64,000 nt of DNA from a virus, in the IMG/VR virus record IMGVR_UViG_3300032245_000795, positions 1 through 64,000 of that record. The stretch is one strand, 5' to 3'. The notes under the pieces are model-generated. The model ran no database searches. It was not told where the DNA came from and saw only the letters and a list, made by a program, of their open reading frames with translations. A program made the translations under genes and the position numbers. Below, piece by piece: positions 7,149 to 16,130 of this stretch (position 1 is the first letter of the stretch; every line of letters starts with the position of its first letter).

Positions 7149-7275
7149 GATTATGTGCTCACTATTTTTTTGTGGTATTATTTTTATAAACACGTATCAT
7201 ACATCTGAACAAAATATTCAGATTTTAGGCTATTTAGGTTTAAAAAATTTTTCAGAATTATGCTATAATAAAATC

Positions 7276-7374
7276 ATGACTGAAGAACTAGACGACTATG
7301 GCTATGAAGGCGATAAGTGCTGTGCAGGATGCACATGCACTATGGCCCATAGTTCAGTGCCACCAGTAGAATAA
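7276..7374 (+). CDS. 32-aa leaderless Cys-rich peptide
   Basis: TGCTATAAT-6nt-ATG; MTEELDDYGYEGDKCCAGCTCTMAHSSVPPVE. Confidence 0.5.
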   Translation: MTEELDDYGYEGDKCCAGCTCTMAHSSVPPVE

Positions 7375-7386
7375 CTCATTTTTGTA

Positions 7387-8061
7387 ATGAGTGACCTATT
7401 TCTATTTAACTCACCACCAAGATCAGGTAATGTTTTTCTGACTCTTCTATTTTCAATGTTCATTGGTGGACCAGTAACTAAATGTCTTGAAACAGAAAAA
7501 TATTCAGATAAGTCTCAAAAGCAAGCAGTATTTTTCAGAAACCCATATGACTCAATTCCATCAACTGTAGTAAAATCCAGGGTAGATTGTGGAATAGTAA
7601 TAAACCATAATGATACTGGAGATCTAAAGAACAACATACAGATTTGCGCTAAAGAATATTTACATGCAATTAAAGAAGCAAAGAAAAATACATCTAATAT
7701 ATATATTGGTAAATCAGAAAATATGATGAACAAACCACTAGCAACAATCAAAGATATCGCTCTATTTTTTGATTTAAAAATAAAAGACAATCATGGTTTA
7801 AATGATCAGCAAATTATTGAATATATAAGACATCAAATGAACAACACAGAAAGAACCAGGGTAGATAAAAACGGTATAACAATAACAGAGACTCTTATGT
7901 CAAGTCATGACGGACATATGCCTAGAGAAAAAACAGATGATAGAATTTTCCTAGACAAACTTATACAGTCATCAGATTTAGACATTGTAACTCAATGCTA
8001 TAACGAGTATGTGTCTCTTGAATTAACAGACACAAGCAAAGGACAAAGATGGGCATCTTAG
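7387..8061 (+). CDS. sulfotransferase-like P-loop protein
   Basis: 5'-PSB-like SPPRSGNVFL and 3'-PB-like FRNPYDSIPS motifs. Confidence 0.65.
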   Translation: MSDLFLFNSPPRSGNVFLTLLFSMFIGGPVTKCLETEKYSDKSQKQAVFFRNPYDSIPSTVVKSRVDCGIVINHNDTGDLKNNIQICAKEYLHAIKEAKKNTSNIYIGKSENMMNKPLATIKDIALFFDLKIKDNHGLNDQQIIEYIRHQMNNTERTRVDKNGITITETLMSSHDGHMPREKTDDRIFLDKLIQSSDLDIVTQCYNEYVSLELTDTSKGQRWAS

Positions 8062-8252
8062 AAAATTTTGAAAACGCTTGGGATATTGATTTCCAAGAAG
8101 AACCTAAAGCACCTGAAGGTTGGGCTGCAAAAAATTTTTCAGAAACTGTATGCGAAAACTGTAGTTGTAAGCATGAAACTGAATCTACGCCTATGTCGAT
8201 AACTGACAATATGGGTAGAGAAATTTTTTGGGACGATATAGGAAGACCCTAG
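8049..8252 (+). CDS. hypothetical protein (CxxCxC)
   Basis: 67-aa ORF. Confidence 0.55.
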   Translation: MGILENFENAWDIDFQEEPKAPEGWAAKNFSETVCENCSCKHETESTPMSITDNMGREIFWDDIGRP

Positions 8253-8434
8253 TTAAAAGCCCCTGCTGCAGTTAACTTATCGTAGATATTACCAAATAGG
8301 AATACCAAACTTGGTTGGCTCTGCTCGATCTGTTTATTGGCATCTTCTTCACTCATTCCATTCTGAAGACACATTGCAAGGTTGTCTGAGTTAATGCTAT
8401 CGAGCATTATCTTGATAACTTCATCTTTGTTCAT
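8249..8434 (-). CDS. hypothetical protein (likely start MNKDE)
   Basis: in-frame part of track ORF 8249..8515, downstream of the 8440 stop. Confidence 0.6.
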   Translation of the reverse strand: MNKDEVIKIMLDSINSDNLAMCLQNGMSEEDANKQIEQSQPSLVFLFGNIYDKLTAAGAFN

Positions 8435-8439
8435 TTCTT

Positions 8440-8646
8440 TTACCATCTCTCTATTGGACATTTTGCTTCTTGTAATGTGGTTTTTAATTTCATAAAACAT
8501 CCACACTTTCTGCATTTCTGAAGTGATTTTTTAAACCACTCACATTCATTGCATATTTTTAGGCGGGACTCAATGAGTTCACGATTTGATCTTGGTTGAT
8601 TAGGATCAAATAAGTCCGTAAACTTAACATCATCACTCATTTCCAT
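8440..8646 (-). CDS. small Cys-rich protein, paralog of 14615..14851
   Basis: R..IC..C......C.KCGCFM..KT.L..A.CP...W. Confidence 0.75.
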   Translation of the reverse strand: MEMSDDVKFTDLFDPNQPRSNRELIESRLKICNECEWFKKSLQKCRKCGCFMKLKTTLQEAKCPIERW

Positions 8647-9407
8647 TCCACCTCTTGATCATATGTAACCGAATACTCGCCTCCGAATACTTCAGCATAT
8701 GACACTATATCTCTATTATACCTTATAACGGTATTGATACCAACTTTGTCGCACATGTACTTCATACCCTGGACTAGTGGCTCAAAAGCCATCTCCTGGC
8801 CTGCTAGGGCATTGTTTAGGGTATCCAGGTATCTTTCCTTGCCGTATCTTTTAGATGTAAATGATTGATCAACATAATCAAACCTTGCTTGTGCATCATT
8901 TCTTTTTGCAATGTCCGAATTGTCTGTTATGTACTTAACTGCAGGATGATTCATCCGTGTAGACCAATTTCGCATGTTATCGCTGTACTTCTCCATATTC
9001 TTTAGAGTTGAGTCAGCGAAAGCCATGCGTATAAGGTCTGTATCGGAGGTTTGAACCTCTGTTGCAAAACTTATCAAAAAAGCGGTTGCATATGGGAACT
9101 TGTCAGTATATGTCGTCACGCCAAAATGAACATTTGGATTAAACGACTCAACTGACATATTGTCATCAAGCAGGCGCATATGATTTCCAAGAGATACATA
9201 CTCTTGTCGATTCATATCGCAATCGACGAACAAACATTCTTCTGGATTGATACCGTCGGCGAGACACAAGATGTTCTTATCGTATGATCCTACTATTTTC
9301 GAACCGTTAAAACGCTCTAATAATTTTGCGGTCATAAAACCATCCATGTCGGGGGATATAATTAAGTTTTTAGAATACTCCAACGTTTCAAGTATGTCTG
9401 TTTTCAT
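8637..9407 (-). CDS. DHH-phosphoesterase-like protein
   Basis: SPDMDG, FVDCD and GNH motifs in DHH order. Confidence 0.5.
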   Translation of the reverse strand: MKTDILETLEYSKNLIISPDMDGFMTAKLLERFNGSKIVGSYDKNILCLADGINPEECLFVDCDMNRQEYVSLGNHMRLLDDNMSVESFNPNVHFGVTTYTDKFPYATAFLISFATEVQTSDTDLIRMAFADSTLKNMEKYSDNMRNWSTRMNHPAVKYITDNSDIAKRNDAQARFDYVDQSFTSKRYGKERYLDTLNNALAGQEMAFEPLVQGMKYMCDKVGINTVIRYNRDIVSYAEVFGGEYSVTYDQEVEWK

Positions 9408-9439
9408 TTTTGTAAAATACCCCTTATAATAATCTAGTT

Positions 9440-9709
9440 ATGACAATCCAGGACTGGGCTTCGTTAATCGTAGCAATACTTACAATTGTATCATCACTTG
9501 GCCTTGCAATCAAGTGGCTTGTAAAACATTATCTCAGCGAACTTAAAACAAATGGTGGGTCATCACTAAAAGACCAAATTAATAGACTTGAAGATGCTGT
9601 TGAAGATCAAAGAGTTGACTCTATAATGTCACGAGATAGACAAGAGAAAAAACTTGACGAAATGTATAAAATTCTAATTGAGCATATTGCTAAAAACGAT
9701 AAGAATTAA
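9440..9709 (+). CDS. single-TM plus coiled-coil protein, holin-like
   Basis: N-terminal hydrophobic helix; NGGSSLKD motif; leaderless. Confidence 0.55.
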   Translation: MTIQDWASLIVAILTIVSSLGLAIKWLVKHYLSELKTNGGSSLKDQINRLEDAVEDQRVDSIMSRDRQEKKLDEMYKILIEHIAKNDKN

Positions 9710-9910
9710 TTCTTCTATATACTATATATAATATATCTTTTAAATACAAACCTTAAAGATAGTTCTTTTTTCTTATATATTTTAAGTATACACCATCCCC
9801 ATTTCTGATGATCTACTACAAACCAATACAAAACGGACATTACAGACAATAACGATTTTATAACTTTTAATATCAATGTCCAGATTGTCCTGATATGATA
9901 TACTTTAATT

Positions 9911-9967
9911 TGACTAGTACTCTGGTTTGTCTCTCATACCCACCAGCCTGAGTACTAGTCTTTTTTA
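9911..9967 (+). ncRNA. putative small hairpin RNA with its own promoter and terminator
   Basis: TGATATACT at 9896-9904; GACTAGTACTC/GAGTACTAGTC stem, inner CTGGT/ACCAG, T7 tail. Confidence 0.5.
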
Positions 9968-9982
9968 TGGTATAATCACAGT

Positions 9983-10363
9983 ATGAATCTTTGTGGTCCT
10001 GAAGTATTTGGAGCAGATCCAGCCAGAATTAAATGGCAAATTGTAAGAGGAGATACCTCTCCGCTACGTGTTGAGTTTTTACAGGATGACGAATTAACAT
10101 ATTTTGATACATCTGATTGGACTTATGAGGCTACCTCTTATGACCCTCAGTCTGATTTTCTTGATTCCCTGGAAATTACACCTGGAATAGGATATGTTGA
10201 TATTATGGCTCCTGCTTCAATTACAAGTCTATGGGGTTTTGGCTTTAAACCAGTTGTGACAGAATTAACTTTTGATCTTCAGGTAACTATTGATAATGAT
10301 ACAATTTGGACACCATTAATTGGAACTATATCAGTACTTGGCGATATAACAGGAAGTCTATAA
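9983..10363 (+). CDS. virion accessory protein (BppU-N-like)
   Basis: WQIVRGDT...FDLQV...G.I.V..D.T; paralog of 11209 and 18991. Confidence 0.6.
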   Translation: MNLCGPEVFGADPARIKWQIVRGDTSPLRVEFLQDDELTYFDTSDWTYEATSYDPQSDFLDSLEITPGIGYVDIMAPASITSLWGFGFKPVVTELTFDLQVTIDNDTIWTPLIGTISVLGDITGSL

Positions 10364-10449
10364 TGGCTGTAGTAAAAGTTACAACTCCTAGGCCTGAGTT
10401 GCCACCAATAATTAGAATTAAAAACAAAACCTTTAAAGTAAATAAATAA
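10363..10449 (+). CDS. 28-aa basic peptide
   Basis: MAVVKVTTPRPELPPIIRIKNKTFKVNK; TAATG coupling. Confidence 0.5.
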   Translation: MAVVKVTTPRPELPPIIRIKNKTFKVNK

Positions 10450-10469
10450 TATTGTGAGATAATGTCTTT

Positions 10470-11201
10470 ATGGCTTCTTCTAAATCTATGGACTTTCCAG
10501 GTGCAAAAAAATCTTCATACGCTGCACAAGTAGAGCAAAGTCAGTCTTCTCCATTTCAAGAAAACGCTCTTTCTTTTCTCCCTGTCCCTGGACCAGTAGG
10601 TCCTCAAGGTCCTGCAGGTAGAGATGGAAAAGATGGAAAAGAAGGTCCTCAAGGACCAGAAGGACCAAAAGGACAAAAAGGAGAAAAAGGAGAAAAAGGA
10701 CAAAACGGACTAAGTTCTTTATCTTCTTCAGGACAACAGGCTGGATGGGCATCATATATAAATGCAATCGAAAAACCAACAAAATTAGGAATATCTCAAG
10801 GAGATGATGGCTGGGTAACACTTTTGTTAGATACAAAAGATAAAACACAAAATGAGACATATCTTCCTAAAGGCTGCACAAGTCTTTGGAATAGCCACCA
10901 AAGAGCGCTAAACTTTCACGGTATAAACGAGGGTTCTCAGATATTCGTAACATACAACTTTGAATTAACTACCTATACAGCAAATACTGAGGTTTGGTTA
11001 AGAACTTATTTTACAAATAAGGACCAGGAGTTTGTTCAATTTGTGGGTTCTTTAAAGTATCAAAATGTTTATAATCTTTCGGTTACTCAAAATATATTTA
11101 TTGAGGATAGGACTATGTGGGCAAGCGGAGCAGTTCCTCAAATTAGAACAGACTTTGATGCATCTGTAATTTTCAATTCTGTATATGTCAGCGTGGTATA
11201 A
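10470..11201 (+). CDS. collagen-like (G-X-Y) virion protein
   Basis: about 13 GXY triplets GPVGPQGPAGRDG...GQNG plus a C-terminal beta domain. Confidence 0.8.
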   Translation: MASSKSMDFPGAKKSSYAAQVEQSQSSPFQENALSFLPVPGPVGPQGPAGRDGKDGKEGPQGPEGPKGQKGEKGEKGQNGLSSLSSSGQQAGWASYINAIEKPTKLGISQGDDGWVTLLLDTKDKTQNETYLPKGCTSLWNSHQRALNFHGINEGSQIFVTYNFELTTYTANTEVWLRTYFTNKDQEFVQFVGSLKYQNVYNLSVTQNIFIEDRTMWASGAVPQIRTDFDASVIFNSVYVSVV

Positions 11202-11208
11202 TAAAATC

Positions 11209-11853
11209 ATGGCATTTCCAGGAGAACTTAATATAAATTACTACAAGGGTGATACCCATGAGTTTAAGGTGTACCCTCAAACCACTACTGGTTCAGTATT
11301 TCTTTTAAATGACTATAGCAACTCTACATTTACAATTGCTACAGAGCGTGGAAATTCTCCAACCCCAAATTCATTGATGCCAGAAGGTAGAATATTTGGA
11401 AGTGCAAAAATATTTAGTGATCACATACTTTGTGCAATAACACCTGAAAACGGTGCACAAATGGATCCAGCGTTAATCTATCAATATGATATTCAGGTAT
11501 ATGCACAGGGAGCAGACACATATGATAAAGTCTTTACACTTTTAACTGGATCTATTTCAGTAGCAGATGATGTAACACAAGATATTGGAACTCCAAACAG
11601 AGCAATTCCAAATTATAGAGTTCTTTATAACAACACAAACGCAACAAGCGGAAATGCTCCAATAGACATAAATAGATATGTTCCAAATCAAAGCATTACA
11701 ATTGCAAACAATGGAACTCTTGAAAGAATAGGATATACATTTGCAGGTTGGAATACTTCAGCAGATGGTCTAGGAATTAGTTACACTGCAGGACAGATAA
11801 TTCCACTAGTTAGTGCAGATATAAAACTTTATCCTAAGTGGACAGCAGTATGA
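11209..11853 (+). CDS. BppU-N-like plus InlB B-repeat (Listeria-Bacteroides repeat) protein
   Basis: YYKGDT..YDIQV; GYTFAGWNTSADG...LYPKW; leaderless start after GTGGTATAAT. Confidence 0.7.
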   Translation: MAFPGELNINYYKGDTHEFKVYPQTTTGSVFLLNDYSNSTFTIATERGNSPTPNSLMPEGRIFGSAKIFSDHILCAITPENGAQMDPALIYQYDIQVYAQGADTYDKVFTLLTGSISVADDVTQDIGTPNRAIPNYRVLYNNTNATSGNAPIDINRYVPNQSITIANNGTLERIGYTFAGWNTSADGLGISYTAGQIIPLVSADIKLYPKWTAV

Positions 11854-12455
11854 CAGAGGTATTTGTATCAACTGACGATGTAAAAGTTATTGGTGGTACA
11901 GCCAACGTAAATGTTGAAATTGATTTTGGTCCGCAGGGAGATAGAGGAAATCTTTTTCTTGTAGGCCTTGGAGATCCAAACACAATATCACATGCTACTG
12001 ATTTGCAATTGCTTGATATATATATAAATGTTCAGGCAACAGACTCAGATTATCTTTCTATGTATCAGTATGTAAATGAGGGTGGAGTTAATACATGGAT
12101 TGAAACTGGAAAACTTATTACAGACAAATTTAGCACCAATAGAACTATAGGTTTTGTAAACGGCGTATCAACAAATTCAATAGATTTTAAAGTTTCAAAT
12201 ATCATACCAATGAGTCTTGTCGGTGGATTAACTGCAGAAGATTTTAATGTTCAATGTACAGTATCTCATCCAGATAGCCCAGTTGCATCATCTATTACGG
12301 TTCTTCCAATAACTATACAGGCTGGAACTGGAGATGTTATTCTTCCAGTTACCGTAAATGCCTGCAAATTTTCAGAATCTGAGTGGACACCTCTTTCTGG
12401 TACATTTACAATACATTTTTTAATAAGTCTTGCCTTGAAAATTACGGTGGTATAA
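11850..12455 (+). CDS. virion accessory protein
   Basis: ATGA overlap; short GPQGDRG. Confidence 0.7.
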   Translation: MTEVFVSTDDVKVIGGTANVNVEIDFGPQGDRGNLFLVGLGDPNTISHATDLQLLDIYINVQATDSDYLSMYQYVNEGGVNTWIETGKLITDKFSTNRTIGFVNGVSTNSIDFKVSNIIPMSLVGGLTAEDFNVQCTVSHPDSPVASSITVLPITIQAGTGDVILPVTVNACKFSESEWTPLSGTFTIHFLISLALKITVV

Positions 12456-12474
12456 TCTAAGATGGTGATATGTA

Positions 12475-14523
12475 ATGGCTGACGAATATATTGATGGTAC
12501 CGAAAATGGTTCTGGGATATTCCCAACTAAAGTTCCTGGCTACGATTTTGCAGCAGATATTCAAGAAGCATTAAAGGTTTATCACTATGGAGCAGTTGAC
12601 CCAGTTACTAAAAAGGCTATAATTCCAACAGACAACAACCTTGGAACACCAAATGGAATAAATACAAAGTCAATTGCAGGACACCTTAAGACATTATCTA
12701 ATACCGATGATACACATGCTGCATTAACACAAAATGTACACGGTATAGCAGACACATCCCTTTTAGCAACAACTTCTTATGTTACAAATGCAATACAAAC
12801 CTCTGCTGGAGGATATCCAGATCTTGCTGGAACAGGACTTGATTGGAACTCCGTTGAACTAAGATTTGATGTAGAGCCACGGATTGCAAACATTAATACC
12901 ATAGTAACAAAGACATCTGGATTTACTTTAGATGCAGATGATGTAAGCAAAACTATTATTCTAAATATGCCTTCTGCAAAAAATTTAACTATCCCGTCAA
13001 ATTCTTCAGTATCAATTCCAGTTGGATCACAATATCATCTGATTGAAATTGGATTAGGAAGAACTACATTTTCTCCAGGTGCTGGAGTTTTAGTAAATAG
13101 CAAAAATGCACAAATGTATATTGACTCACAATTTAGCAAGGCAACACTTTTAAAAATTGATACAAATACTTGGGTTTTGTATGGAGACATTTATGAAGGT
13201 GCTGCAGTAACTCCAGTTACACCAGTTACTCCTGTTACACCAAATCCTGTAGCAGATCTTATTCTTACATATGATTGCAATGGAGGATCAGGATGTCCAA
13301 GCAACACATTCCATAATGGCTCATATACAATACCATCAACAGTTCCAACAAGAAGTGGTTATACATTTAATGACTATGTTGCATCTGGATCAGGATGTTC
13401 CTTTACAGCAACAGTTCCAAATGCTTTACGAGGAGAAACAATATCTTGCTCTGGAGCCATAACATTGACTGCACAATGGACAGCAAATGTAACTCCTGTC
13501 ACACCAGTCGTAACTCCAGTAACTCCAGATCCAGGAGTAACCCCAGTAACTCCCGTAACCCCAGTAACTCCAGTTACTCCAGTAACTCCAGATCCAGGAG
13601 TAACTCCAGTAACACCTGTAACACCTGTAACACCTGTAACCCCCGTAACACCAGTAACTCCCGTAACACCAGTAACTCCAGTAACACCGCAAACAACATA
13701 TTACGGATGCTGTACTAATGGAGCAGGAGTTCAAGGATCATATTCAGATTCTAGTTCAGCAGCAACAGGACTACAAGCAGCATGTGCTGCAAATGAACCA
13801 GGAAACAATTTAACTGGCGGAGTATTTACAACACCACAAAGTTGCACTACTCCTGTTACACCAGTTACTCCAGTCACACCCGTAACCCCAGTAACTCCCG
13901 TAACCCCAGTAACTCCAGTTACTCCAGTAACTCCAGTAACACCAGTAACTCCAGTTACTCCAGTTACTCCAGTTACTCCAGCACTTGATTGTTCTGATGC
14001 AACTTCTCTTAGCCAAGCAAACTGTGCTTCTTGCGGATATACTTGGACTGGTGGGCAGTGTTACGACACCCCTTTTAATGGAGGGGGAGGAGTTACCCCC
14101 GTAACACCAGTAACTCCCGTAACACCAGTAACTCCCGTAACACCAGTAACTCCCGTAACACCAGTAACTCCCGTAACACCAGTAACACCTGTAACGCCAG
14201 TTACACCTGCAGTTACACCACTCGACTGTTCTGATGCAACCTCTCTTAACCAAGCAAATTGTTCCGCATGTGGATATACTTGGTCTGGTGGGCAGTGTTA
14301 CGATACCCCTGCTGCAGTAACACCAGCAGTAACACCAGCAGTAACACCAGCAGTAACACCAGCAGTAACACCAGCAGTAACACCAGCAGTAACACCAGCA
14401 GTAACACCAGCAGTAACACCAGCAGAGGTTACCCCAGCAGTAACACCTGCAGTAACACCACCATATTTCCCATATTTTACGCCACCATACTTCCCATACT
14501 TTACTGTTGAAGGTGCAGTATAA
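12475..14523 (+). CDS. fibre-like protein with (VTP)n/(AVTP)n Pro-Thr repeats, InlB B-repeat and Cys-rich repeats
   Basis: HGIADTS motif, WVLYGD domain, long VTP tracts, two [22 protein letters not shown] repeats, C-terminal PPYFPYF x2. Confidence 0.85.
   Translation: MADEYIDGTENGSGIFPTKVPGYDFAADIQEALKVYHYGAVDPVTKKAIIPTDNNLGTPNGINTKSIAGHLKTLSNTDDTHAALTQNVHGIADTSLLATTSYVTNAIQTSAGGYPDLAGTGLDWNSVELRFDVEPRIANINTIVTKTSGFTLDADDVSKTIILNMPSAKNLTIPSNSSVSIPVGSQYHLIEIGLGRTTFSPGAGVLVNSKNAQMYIDSQFSKATLLKIDTNTWVLYGDIYEGAAVTPVTPVTPVTPNPVADLILTYDCNGGSGCPSNTFHNGSYTIPSTVPTRSGYTFNDYVASGSGCSFTATVPNALRGETISCSGAITLTAQWTANVTPVTPVVTPVTPDPGVTPVTPVTPVTPVTPVTPDPGVTPVTPVTPVTPVTPVTPVTPVTPVTPVTPQTTYYGCCTNGAGVQGSYSDSSSAATGLQAACAANEPGNNLTGGVFTTPQSCTTPVTPVTPVTPVTPVTPVTPVTPVTPVTPVTPVTPVTPVTPVTPALDCSDATSLSQANCASCGYTWTGGQCYDTPFNGGGGVTPVTPVTPVTPVTPVTPVTPVTPVTPVTPVTPVTPVTPAVTPLDCSDATSLNQANCSACGYTWSGGQCYDTPAAVTPAVTPAVTPAVTPAVTPAVTPAVTPAVTPAVTPAEVTPAVTPAVTPPYFPYFTPPYFPYFTVEGAV
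13489..14460 (+). repeat. coding tandem repeats: 9-nt GTAACWCCA and 12-nt GCAGTAACACCA
   Basis: directly visible; the 12-mer block at about 14314-14424 is near-perfect. Confidence 0.9.
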
Positions 14524-14614
14524 AAATAAATATACAATAAAAACAAGTTAGTCAAAATATGATATACTTAAATAATAAAAATAGTAGATTGTTTTAGTAG
14601 AAAGGTAGTTTCTT

Positions 14615-14851
14615 ATGAGCGAAAAATCTGCTTGGCAAAAATACAAAGAAAACCTTGGAGAAACAAAACCTTGGGACCTTGTTAATCCTAATACTGAATG
14701 GGCTGATGAATCTTTGTCAAAAGAAAGATATAGCATATGTCAATCATGCCCAGAACTAATTAAATTAACAAAACAATGTAAAAAATGTGGATGCTTTATG
14801 GCTGCAAAAACTAAACTTCAATTGGCAACTTGTCCATTAGGGAAATGGTAA
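14615..14851 (+). CDS. small Cys-rich protein, paralog of 8440..8646
   Basis: RYSICQSC...QCKKCGCFMAAKTKL..ATCPLGKW. Confidence 0.8.
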   Translation: MSEKSAWQKYKENLGETKPWDLVNPNTEWADESLSKERYSICQSCPELIKLTKQCKKCGCFMAAKTKLQLATCPLGKW

Positions 14852-15447
14852 TGAAAAAAACAACACTTGCACCAGGAATAGTAGTATATTCTGATGTTCT
14901 TCCAGAATTCAGTACTCTAATAAATGATATAGAAGAAGGAGTAATTAGCGCTGGATTAGAATGGACACCATCACAAATAAGAAAAGATGAGAATTCTGTA
15001 ATAGATACTGATTATAGAGACACAATGATTATAAATGTAAAATATAATGATCAGATTGTTGAAAATTATTCCAATCTTTCAGAAGCATTTTCAACAAGTT
15101 TGTCAAATATATTTGTTTCAGCATTTACTCCAATAGAATTTGACTATAAAACAGAATATCAGTTAAGCACAACTTGGCACGACGGATATAGTATTTTAAA
15201 ATATGGCAAGGGACAAAAGTTTGTAAACCATATTGATGATCATAAAGACTATCATAGAAGATTATCTTGGGTTTATTATATAAATGATAACTATACTGGT
15301 GGTGAAATATCTTTCCCAAGATTTAATATAACCTATAAACCAAAAGCAAATGAACTATTATTATTCCCATCAAACTATGTCTATAATCATTCAGTGCTTC
15401 CAGTAGTTGAAGGAACAAGGTACGCAGTTGTAAGTTGGCTAACGTGA
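14851..15447 (+). CDS. 2OG-Fe(II) oxygenase, prolyl-4-hydroxylase-like
   Basis: HID...YINDNYTGGE..F...HSVLPVVEGTR. Confidence 0.9.
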   Translation: MKKTTLAPGIVVYSDVLPEFSTLINDIEEGVISAGLEWTPSQIRKDENSVIDTDYRDTMIINVKYNDQIVENYSNLSEAFSTSLSNIFVSAFTPIEFDYKTEYQLSTTWHDGYSILKYGKGQKFVNHIDDHKDYHRRLSWVYYINDNYTGGEISFPRFNITYKPKANELLLFPSNYVYNHSVLPVVEGTRYAVVSWLT

Positions 15448-16130
15448 AAGTTGCATGGATAACTCTAACCAGCGGAAGAAAAGATTATTTAGAAAAATCT
15501 AGAGAGTCTTGGTACAGATTTATTGTTGGAGATATTTCAGAGGAAATAATAATAGATACATCTGGAAATAAAGAATATTCTAACTGGTTATCAGAAAAAT
15601 ATAAAAATGCCAAGATTTTTTCTTTAGAAGAAGAGTTTATTTTAGGAAAAACTTGGGATAGCGGAATTAAAAAAGCGTATGAATACTTTTATGACATTGC
15701 AAAAACTATAGACTGTGATTATATATTACATACAGAAGATGACTATGTACTTTTAAATGAGATTAATATTAAAGACATTGTAGATATCATTAACTCAGAC
15801 AACGACATATGTCAAGTTCATTTTATTAGACAACCATGGACAAAAGATGAAGAAGATGCTGGAAGCGTATTGAGAAACTGTGAAAAAAATGGATTTAAAC
15901 TTACAGAAAAAAATAATGAAAAAGATTTCTGGGTAGAGCATAGATCGTACTTTACTTTTGGTCCAAGTATATACAGGAAAAATATTTGTTATATTGAAAA
16001 AGATTTAGATTCTAATCCAGAATTGGCACTAACATATAAAATATTTTCTGATCCAAATATAAAAAATGCAACATTAGGTAAAATAGACGATCCTAATATG
16101 GTAGAGCACATAGGGGTAATTAAAGGATGA
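15444..16130 (+). CDS. GT-A fold (family 2-like) glycosyltransferase
   Basis: TSGRKDYL, IIIDTSG, YILHTEDDY (DxD-type). Confidence 0.75.
   Translation: MKVAWITLTSGRKDYLEKSRESWYRFIVGDISEEIIIDTSGNKEYSNWLSEKYKNAKIFSLEEEFILGKTWDSGIKKAYEYFYDIAKTIDCDYILHTEDDYVLLNEINIKDIVDIINSDNDICQVHFIRQPWTKDEEDAGSVLRNCEKNGFKLTEKNNEKDFWVEHRSYFTFGPSIYRKNICYIEKDLDSNPELALTYKIFSDPNIKNATLGKIDDPNMVEHIGVIKG

Noticed and set aside
7075-7275. N-terminal extension of ORF 7075..7374
   Set aside because: Runs through the regulatory cassette; a leaderless start at 7276 fits better.
13489-14460. Possible CRISPR array
   Set aside because: Short in-frame coding repeats with no unique spacers and no cas genes.
13271-14555. Alternative-frame and antisense ORFs over the VTP repeats (SNT, YWC and GVTA repeats)
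   Set aside because: Shadows of the tandem repeat; no RBS or promoter, and they lie inside a better gene.
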